A DNA stretch of 36,511 bases. Source: a virus. This document shows positions 30,588-36,511 of the stretch, in pieces. A program made the position numbers and the translations under genes. The notes under the pieces were generated by a model. That model was not told where the DNA came from. It was given only the letters and a program-made list of their open reading frames with translations, and did not search any database. How positions within the stretch are numbered: position 1 is the first letter of the stretch; each line of letters opens with the position of its first letter. Location: IMG/VR virus record IMGVR_UViG_3300029251_000043. One strand, given 5' to 3'.

Positions 30588-32390
30588 ATGCGTGATATCA
30601 TTCTAGCGTTTGACCGTTTCGGCGATCAAGCGTTGCTGCTTGGCCGTGTCGGCGAAAATCGCGCGACGCGGGTGCTGGTCGACCTGAAAAGCATATTGAG
30701 CCAGTATCCGGATGCTATTGCGTCGATCACGGTTAAGCCGCCTGGCCGAGCGGAGTATCCGGCGACGGTGAAACAAGAGGGCGGTATCCTGACGTGGGAG
30801 ATCACGCGCGCGGATGTCTGCGGTAAAGCCGGAAACGGGCTAGCCCAAATCACAATCCGAGGCGCGGATGGCACGGTCATCAAGACTGCGATTGCCTGTA
30901 CGCGCATCGACGAGTCTCTCATCAACGAAACCGACCCAGCACCTGATCCGGTTACAACATGGATTGACAAAGCGACTGGCATGCTGGCCGACGTTGAACG
31001 AGCGGGAAACGCTGCGCAGGAAGTCGCAGACGAAGTACAGCGGCGGTTGGATAATGGCGACTTTGTAGGGCCGCAAGGTCCGCAGGGAGACAGGGGTGAA
31101 ACAGGCCCGATTGGTCCGCAAGGACCCAAGGGCGAAAAAGGGGACAAGGGAGACAGGGGCGAGAAGGGAGACACCGGCCCGCAGGGTGAAACAGGCGCAA
31201 AGGGAGACGCGTTTACCTTTGACGATTTCACGCCCGAACAGCTTGAAAGCCTGCGAGGCCCCAAGGGTGACACGGGTGCAACCGGGGCACAGGGCGCAAA
31301 GGGAGATAAAGGGGATAAGGGCGACACGGGCGCAAAAGGCGAACCGGGCAAGGATGCTGTCATCGACTCGACGCTGACCCAGGAGGGCGAGGCGGCGGAC
31401 GCAGCCGCAACGGGAAAGCGGCTGGCGGAAATTGAGAAGGCTGTTGCTGAGAAGGCCGACAAAGCGCGCCAGAATATCCTGATCGGAAGCGGAACTGGCA
31501 ATCCTGTATCTGTCTCTGATGCTTTTTCCGCGCCGCTGTGCGGGCTGACCGTGTACGGCAAGAGTACGCAGGATGGCACACCCAGCCCGGATAACCCGGT
31601 GCCGATTGTGAGCGCGGGAGATGGTGGTAGCGTGGCGGCGAAGGTGACGGGAAAGAATCTGCTGAATATTCCTGACGGGTCAGGGACCGCTAGAGGTGTA
31701 ACGGTTACTGCAAAAGATGGGTTAATATCAATTTCGGGAACGGCGACTAGTTCTGGCTACGCCAAGTTAGACATCCCACCATTTATTGCATCCGGTGTGG
31801 TGATTTTATCATCTAGCATCACATCTCCAAAAGTGAAAATTGTATCAGAAACATGGGAAGTTATTCTTTCTTTAGGTGCTGCCGATAAAATGTCTGATAG
31901 GGTAACCAAAATAGTTTTTATGGTCACTGAAGGACAAACATACAATCTCACTGGTGTAAAAGTTCAGGTTGAGCTTGGCACAACCGCCACCGCCTACTCC
32001 CCCTACCGTGAACAGCTCTTCGCCCTGCCCACACCCAACGGCTTACCCGGCATCCCTGTCACTTCTGGCGGCAACTACACTGACCCTGCGGGTCAGCAAT
32101 GGATTTGCGATGAGGTGGACTTTGGCAAGAGTGTAAAGGTGCAGAGGATTGATAAGGGTGCTTTTGATGCCACCAAAACACTTGCCGAACAAAATGCAAC
32201 TCTCGCCACGCCCATCGAAACCCCGCTCACCTCTGACGAACTCGCCGCCTACAAAGCGCTGACTACCTACGCGCCCAACACCGTGGTGCAAGCCGCAGAC
32301 GGCGCGGGATTGAAACTGGACTATCAAAGAGACGTGAACATCGTGATTAAAAATCTTGAGGACGCGATTGCGTCTATGACTACAACCTAA
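30588..32390 (+). CDS. tail fibre / receptor-binding protein 2 with collagen-like Gly-X-Y repeats
   Basis: ORF-track 30546..32390, ATG 30588. G-X-Y blocks at 31068-31208 and 31257-31355. An A/T-rich patch at ~31655-31975 lies in the C-terminal half. Confidence 0.75.
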   Translation: MRDIILAFDRFGDQALLLGRVGENRATRVLVDLKSILSQYPDAIASITVKPPGRAEYPATVKQEGGILTWEITRADVCGKAGNGLAQITIRGADGTVIKTAIACTRIDESLINETDPAPDPVTTWIDKATGMLADVERAGNAAQEVADEVQRRLDNGDFVGPQGPQGDRGETGPIGPQGPKGEKGDKGDRGEKGDTGPQGETGAKGDAFTFDDFTPEQLESLRGPKGDTGATGAQGAKGDKGDKGDTGAKGEPGKDAVIDSTLTQEGEAADAAATGKRLAEIEKAVAEKADKARQNILIGSGTGNPVSVSDAFSAPLCGLTVYGKSTQDGTPSPDNPVPIVSAGDGGSVAAKVTGKNLLNIPDGSGTARGVTVTAKDGLISISGTATSSGYAKLDIPPFIASGVVILSSSITSPKVKIVSETWEVILSLGAADKMSDRVTKIVFMVTEGQTYNLTGVKVQVELGTTATAYSPYREQLFALPTPNGLPGIPVTSGGNYTDPAGQQWICDEVDFGKSVKVQRIDKGAFDATKTLAEQNATLATPIETPLTSDELAAYKALTTYAPNTVVQAADGAGLKLDYQRDVNIVIKNLEDAIASMTTT

Positions 32391-32406
32391 AGGAGGGGAA
32401 AAGCAT

Positions 32407-32640
32407 ATGGCAATCAAAAGCAAAGCAAGACATGACCTGACCCTGCGCTCCATCAAGCGCGAGATCGCCGCCGGGCGAGATGTGGCCTATTGGCTGGACA
32501 AGGCATACACCCATCTTGATAATGGGCTGCTCACTGATGCGGATATCGGAGAGATCGAGGCGCTGGCACAAACATACTACGACGCGCTGGACGCGGAAAA
32601 CGCGAAGGAAGAGGCTGACGACGGCCTTTCAATCGTCTAA
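32407..32640 (+). CDS. hypothetical protein, 77 aa
   Basis: ORF-track 32407..32640. AAAGGAGGGG lies upstream. Confidence 0.6.
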   Translation: MAIKSKARHDLTLRSIKREIAAGRDVAYWLDKAYTHLDNGLLTDADIGEIEALAQTYYDALDAENAKEEADDGLSIV

Positions 32641-32652
32641 GGAGGCAAAACC

Positions 32653-32751
32653 ATGATTATTCTTGGCATCATCATCGGCGGCGCGATCATCTTCGCGGCG
32701 GGCTGTCTGGTTGGCCGCTTCATCCGCGCGGGAGGTGCGTGGGACGAATGA
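32653..32751 (+). CDS. tiny single-TM protein, 32 aa (not in ORF track)
   Basis: Hand translation gives MIILGIIIGGAIIFAAGCLVGRFIRAGGAWDE. TAAGGAGG lies upstream. Confidence 0.5.
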   Translation: MIILGIIIGGAIIFAAGCLVGRFIRAGGAWDE

Positions 32752-32921
32752 AAAGCAAAAAAGAATATGAAATGCAAAGAAAACGGGCGAGAAAATGGGC
32801 CGTCTGGTACCTTGGTTATGCAGGCATTGAACCGACAGAAGAGAACATCCGAAAGTATGCTTTAGCCCGCAGACGGACGCTGAAACAGTTTCATCGGCTG
32901 CGAGGGCATTTGCTCGGATAA
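32748..32921 (+). CDS. small basic protein, 57 aa
   Basis: ORF-track 32739..32921. ATG 32748 overlaps the upstream TGA. Confidence 0.45.
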   Translation: MKSKKEYEMQRKRARKWAVWYLGYAGIEPTEENIRKYALARRRTLKQFHRLRGHLLG

Positions 32922-32944
32922 AAAACGGAAAGGAGGAAAAGCCA

Positions 32945-33712
32945 ATGATTAAAACAAGCGAGGCCATCCGCACGGCGCGGGAGCTGATCGGGACGCCTTA
33001 CAGCGAGCTGGACTGCATCAACCTCATCAAGAAGGTCATCCGCGCAGCGCCGGGCGGCGACAAGCGCTACACGACGGCGGGCACAAACGAGCTTTGGAAC
33101 AGCTTTGACAGTGCGCCGAAGTATCGCCATTTGATCTGGCGGCAGACGGGGATTTCCGGCGCGAAGGCGGGCATGCTGGCGTTCATGGGCGTGGGCACGG
33201 GCGACGTGAGCCACACCGGGCTGGTGACGGAGCGGGGCACGGTGATCCACTCAAGCAAGAGCCGGGGATGTGTGGTGGAAACTGAGCTGACGGAAAAAGC
33301 GGGGTGGAACGGGCTGGGGGTGCATCGGATGATTGCGGTGGACTATTCGGAGGGAGGAAAAACGGAAGTGAGCGAAGCGGAAAAGATTTTTGGCAACGCA
33401 ACGGTGAGCGTGACCAGCGGATATCTCAACATCCGCGAGGGCGCAAGCACGCAGTCAAAGGTCATCGCAAAGGCCGCAAACGGCGCGCGGGTGAACATCA
33501 TCCGCGAGGCGGGCGGCACGGGCTGGGTCTTCGGCGCGCTGGAAAACGGCGATACCGGGTACATCTCCAGCAAATATCTTGTCGAGGATGCGCCGCCGGA
33601 AAGCGGGGATCAGGACGAGACGGGCGGCGAAGCACTGGCCACGACGACCCTGCGCAGGAACGACGGCGTGTATATCACGCTGGCGGGAAAATGGACGATT
33701 GCGGAGGATTGA
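32945..33712 (+). CDS. endolysin: NlpC/P60-type cysteine peptidase plus SH3b cell-wall-binding domain
   Basis: ORF-track 32945..33712. Motifs TPYSELDCINL and SHTGLV (Cys/His). SH3b-like GYLNIREGASTQSKVIAKA..G..V. Confidence 0.75.
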   Translation: MIKTSEAIRTARELIGTPYSELDCINLIKKVIRAAPGGDKRYTTAGTNELWNSFDSAPKYRHLIWRQTGISGAKAGMLAFMGVGTGDVSHTGLVTERGTVIHSSKSRGCVVETELTEKAGWNGLGVHRMIAVDYSEGGKTEVSEAEKIFGNATVSVTSGYLNIREGASTQSKVIAKAANGARVNIIREAGGTGWVFGALENGDTGYISSKYLVEDAPPESGDQDETGGEALATTTLRRNDGVYITLAGKWTIAED

Positions 33713-33715
33713 CCG

Positions 33716-34156
33716 ATGACACTACAAAAGCTGCTGGACGGCTTGCAAGCGGCTGTCACAACGCACAGCACACTGACGCTCGTGCTGGTGTATATCACGC
33801 TCAACCTGATCGAGATTTCCCCGATCAAGGTTCAGCCGCTCTCGTGGGTTTTTAAGGGCTTGCGCAAGGCACTTGTCGGCTCGCTGGAAGAGCGCATGGG
33901 ACGGATTGAGGCGAAAAACGACCTTGAGTTTGCCAAAATTGCACGAGCACGGATACAGCGGTTTGCGGATGAGCTGTACTATCGGACGGATTTGAGCCAC
34001 GCACGACAGCATTTTGAGCAGGTGTTTGACGATATCAATGCCTATAATGCTTACTGCGAATCACACCCACAATTTGAAAACCACAAAACAATAGAGGCGA
34101 CCAATATCATCAAAAACACTTATCACAAGTGTTTGGAAAACCACATTTTTACATGA
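33716..34156 (+). CDS. membrane-anchored lysis-cassette protein of unknown role
   Basis: ORF-track 33716..34156. N-terminal hydrophobic segment TLTLVLVYITLNLI. GGAGG lies upstream. Confidence 0.55.
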   Translation: MTLQKLLDGLQAAVTTHSTLTLVLVYITLNLIEISPIKVQPLSWVFKGLRKALVGSLEERMGRIEAKNDLEFAKIARARIQRFADELYYRTDLSHARQHFEQVFDDINAYNAYCESHPQFENHKTIEATNIIKNTYHKCLENHIFT

Positions 34157-34195
34157 CATCGCCCGGCAAAAACCGGGCAGAAAGTGAGGCTATCT

Positions 34196-34525
34196 ATGTC
34201 TAATATCGACCTGACCCCCATCTTTCAGGCGCTGATCGTCCTCGTGGCCGCGCTGATTACGCGGTATGTCGTCCCGTGGATCAAGGCAAAGACGACGCTT
34301 GACCAGCGCCGTGAAATCCGCGACCTCGTGTCTATCCTTGTTTTCGCCGCCGAGAAGCTGTACACCGGCTCCGGGCGCGGCGAAGAAAAGCTGGCGTGGG
34401 TAAAGGAGCGGCTTGACGCGCACGGATATAAGTTGGATACAGATGAGCTTGTCGAGCTGGTGAACGCTGAGATTGCAAAGTTGGAGAGCACCGCGCCCGT
34501 AGTGGTCGAGGAAGCCAGCGTGTAA
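34196..34525 (+). CDS. holin (LL-H family-like)
   Basis: ORF-track 34184..34525, ATG 34196. N-terminal TM LTPIFQALIVLVAALITRYVVPWIKAKT followed by an amphipathic tail. Confidence 0.65.
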   Translation: MSNIDLTPIFQALIVLVAALITRYVVPWIKAKTTLDQRREIRDLVSILVFAAEKLYTGSGRGEEKLAWVKERLDAHGYKLDTDELVELVNAEIAKLESTAPVVVEEASV

Positions 34526-34541
34526 AGGGAGGCGGTTTTCT

Positions 34542-34769
34542 GTGCGCCTTGATTTTGACAGGCGCACGAAAGAGGAAATCGCCCGCCGCTGCGGCTTTGA
34601 CGAGCACGTCCGGCTGGGGCAGGTCTTTGACCTGCTCTGGCGCGGTTACAGCATTGTGCAGATCAGCATGACACTGGGCATGTCGCCCGCAACTGTCAGC
34701 CGCAGCATTCGCGAAATTAAAAGACGGATGTCTGCATCTATATATACAGATGATAACACCCCTGCCTGA
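34542..34769 (+). CDS. small HTH regulator (sigma region-4/LuxR-like)
   Basis: ORF-track 34542..34769 with GTG start after AAAGGGAGG. Motif YSIVQISMTLGMSPATVSRSIREIKRRM. Confidence 0.6.
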   Translation: MRLDFDRRTKEEIARRCGFDEHVRLGQVFDLLWRGYSIVQISMTLGMSPATVSRSIREIKRRMSASIYTDDNTPA

Positions 34770-34786
34770 TGGCAGGGGCTTTTTTG
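34760..34786 (+). terminator. rho-independent terminator
   Basis: CCCCTGCC-TGAT-GGCAGGGG followed by CTTTTTT. It overlaps the stop codon of the upstream gene. Confidence 0.8.
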
Positions 34787-34822
34787 ATGTGAAAAAATAA
34801 ATAAAAATAATTCATAAAGTAC

Positions 34823-34851
34823 TTGACAGGTAAATTAAAATAATGTATAAT
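34823..34851 (+). promoter_or_regulatory. promoter B: second copy of the consensus promoter
   Basis: TTGACA (34823-34828), 17-nt spacer, TG-extended TATAAT (34846-34851). The upstream AAAAAATAAATAAAAA tract and the downstream leader are homologous to promoter A. Confidence 0.8.
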
Positions 34852-34897
34852 ACAGCCGTAAGGAACAAGGAAAACAACCTGATCGGAGGAAATCAAA

Positions 34898-35194
34898 ATG
34901 AAGTACAACAAGCAGATCATCATGAAGCGTGCGTGGATCATGGTCAAGAGCTTTGGCCTGAGCCTGAGCGTTGCGCTCAAGGGCGCGTGGGCGCTGGCCA
35001 AAGCGCTGCTTGCCGCCGAAAAGGAAGGAAAGGAAAGCGGCTGGAACTACAAGGTCGTTTGCAACGACTGGATCAAGGGCGGCCATAATCGCACCTACGT
35101 TTCCGCGCGCATCTACACCAACGCTTGGAACCGTAAACGTGATCTTGAGATCGGCTACATCGACAACATGACCGGCGCGCTCGTCGCCGCGTAA
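34898..35194 (+). CDS. hypothetical 98-aa protein expressed from promoter B
   Basis: ORF-track 34898..35194. GGAGGAAA lies upstream. The first codons (MKYNKQ) resemble those of the 164-388 product (MKEKYKQQ). Confidence 0.7.
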   Translation: MKYNKQIIMKRAWIMVKSFGLSLSVALKGAWALAKALLAAEKEGKESGWNYKVVCNDWIKGGHNRTYVSARIYTNAWNRKRDLEIGYIDNMTGALVAA

Positions 35195-35212
35195 AAAAGG
35201 AGGAAAAAAAGC

Positions 35213-35695
35213 ATGAACATTAAACAGCTGCGCGTCCTGCGCGGACTGAAACAAAAAGAGCTGGCGGATATGTTGGGTATATCCGCCCAGCAGCTCAACA
35301 ACTATGAGGGGGGGAGTAGTAACCCCGGCAACAAGATTCTGCCCGCGCTGGCGGACGCGCTGGGCGTTTCGACGGCCTATTTGCGAGGCGACGCCCAGCG
35401 GCTGGCTGTCTATGACTGGCAGACCGGGCGCACGGAGGCGCTGCCCATCATGGCCGAGACGGTGATCGACGATTACGGCATTTTTTACCTCGTCGAGCAC
35501 CCGGACGTCGGGATCATTGCTGTGATCCAGTCTGAGGGTATGCAGTTTACCCTCGCGGACTGGCAGGGTGAGCAGCCTATGACCGTCGATGAGATCGGCG
35601 CCGCGCGCTGGGTTGACGCGCGCGGCGAAGACACGGTGGTAATGTATAGGGGATTGCCTCGCGTCTTCGTTGGCGGCGAGTTTTGGAGGCGCTGA
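35213..35695 (+). CDS. XRE-family HTH regulator with an uncharacterised C-terminal domain
   Basis: ORF-track 35213..35695. Motif LKQKELADMLGISAQQLNNYEGG. Confidence 0.75.
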   Translation: MNIKQLRVLRGLKQKELADMLGISAQQLNNYEGGSSNPGNKILPALADALGVSTAYLRGDAQRLAVYDWQTGRTEALPIMAETVIDDYGIFYLVEHPDVGIIAVIQSEGMQFTLADWQGEQPMTVDEIGAARWVDARGEDTVVMYRGLPRVFVGGEFWRR

Positions 35696-35697
35696 CT

Positions 35698-36435
35698 ATG
35701 CCGCGCAAGCTCAACATGCAGGTCGGCAATGTGTTTGGCGATCTCAAGGTTTTGAGGATCTGGCGACTGCCGGAGGCGTCGTCTAAGACACAATGCGACG
35801 CGGAATGCCTGAGATGCGGCAGCGTAAAGTCGTACTATGCGAGCAATCTGATTGCGGGTAAGACTACATCGTGCGGATGCAAGGCGGTTGGGAAGATCAC
35901 AAAAACGTGTGTGATCTGCGGAAAGCCGTTTGACTCATACCGCTCGGACAACCGCGTGACCTGCTCGGATGCCTGCCGCCGTCTTCGGGCGGCGAAGTCG
36001 TCGCATGACAAGCCGCGCAAGTGGGGAGAAGACGCAAAAAGACGACGCGCAGAAAACCCCGACATTAAGGCGCGGATGGACGAGTTACAGCCGCGCGCTT
36101 TGCAAGCGGCGCTTGCAAAACCGGAGGGGCAGCGCGGGCCGCAAAACCGGGGAAGCAAGATCTGGGTGCTGGTCGATCCGAGTGGAAATCGAGTGCCATG
36201 CACCAATCTGCTCGACTGGGCGCGCAACAATTATCGGCTCTTTGAGCCGCAAACTCCGGAAGAGGAGCGAGACGATGCTGCGAACCGTATCGCGCGGGGA
36301 TTTCAAAAGATCGCGGCATGCATGCGAGGCAATCCATCGTGCAAGGGATCTGTGTATCACTATAAGGATTGGGGGCTGCTGTCTCTGCCTATCACGCCAG
36401 CGCATAGGCGCAAACCGGGCGATCCGGATCAATAA
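35698..36435 (+). CDS. zinc-ribbon / Cys-cluster DNA-binding-like protein
   Basis: ORF-track 35683..36435, ATG 35698 after GGAGG. Motifs GDLKVL...C.C..CGS......L..G.T.SCGC and CVICGKPF...VTCSDAC. Confidence 0.6.
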   Translation: MPRKLNMQVGNVFGDLKVLRIWRLPEASSKTQCDAECLRCGSVKSYYASNLIAGKTTSCGCKAVGKITKTCVICGKPFDSYRSDNRVTCSDACRRLRAAKSSHDKPRKWGEDAKRRRAENPDIKARMDELQPRALQAALAKPEGQRGPQNRGSKIWVLVDPSGNRVPCTNLLDWARNNYRLFEPQTPEEERDDAANRIARGFQKIAACMRGNPSCKGSVYHYKDWGLLSLPITPAHRRKPGDPDQ

Positions 36436-36511
36436 CATTCTCCCTCTGCATATGCAGGGGAGTTTTTTAAAAAAATAAATAAAAAAGATTTATAAAACAC
36501 TTGACAAGTAA
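36413..36511. repeat. 99-bp exact terminal direct repeat, copy 2
   Basis: Identical to 1-99. It contains the gene 3' end, a terminator and the -35 box of promoter A. Confidence 0.95.
36440..36468 (+). terminator. rho-independent terminator (same element as 28-56)
   Basis: The identical hairpin plus T6 lies inside the terminal repeat. Confidence 0.75.

Noticed and set aside
31068-31355. Collagen-like GGN-rich periodic DNA as an independent repeat element
   Set aside because: The periodicity is the G-X-Y coding pattern of the fibre shaft within one continuous ORF. It is not a separate DNA-level repeat family.

Overview
This window is one complete, circularly closed siphovirus-type dsDNA phage genome. 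Bases 1-99 are identical to 36413-36511, which gives a unit length of 36,412 bp. The style is Firmicutes/Clostridia: AGGAGG-type ribosome-binding sites, an LL-H holin, an NlpC/P60+SH3b endolysin and BppU-type fibres. All called genes but one are on the + strand. In order they are: a strong promoter driving a 74-aa gene; a divergent XRE/XRE switch with ATAG-N7-CTAT operators (415-940); and an early block holding a nonapeptide-repeat protein, YqaJ exonuclease, RecT, a DnaD-like replication organizer, a G39P-like loader, VRR-NUC, SSB, a Dam-like methylase and a MazG-like protein. These are followed by accessory genes including an SPFH/band-7 protein, an ArpU/RinA-like late regulator and a ParB-methyltransferase fusion. 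The structural block then runs TerS, TerL, portal, gp7-like, scaffold, decoration, E-type capsid, connectors, major tail, G/GT chaperone (T7 slippery site), tape measure, Dit, Tal and two fibre modules. It ends with a lysis cassette and a three-gene cassette bracketed by two copies of a near-consensus promoter plus leader. I saw no integrase, partition system, canonical tRNA or CRISPR array. Four things stand out. (1) A ~630-nt protein-free island (4567-5199) between recT and the replication gene is packed with hairpins, including six GARAGA-loop stem-loops with compensatory stem changes, and ends in a tRNA-like T-arm/acceptor module. This is a candidate large structured RNA of unknown function. 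(2) Three otherwise intact conserved genes (SSB, Dam-like methylase, small Cys-rich protein) each carry one in-frame stop (TGA, TAG, TGA), although TGA and TAG act as true stops elsewhere. (3) The consensus promoter and 5' leader are duplicated, and one copy fires head-on into the small repressor gene. (4) An early protein contains 16 near-identical 27-bp repeats. Functional calls rest on motif recognition by eye, and no database search was run.
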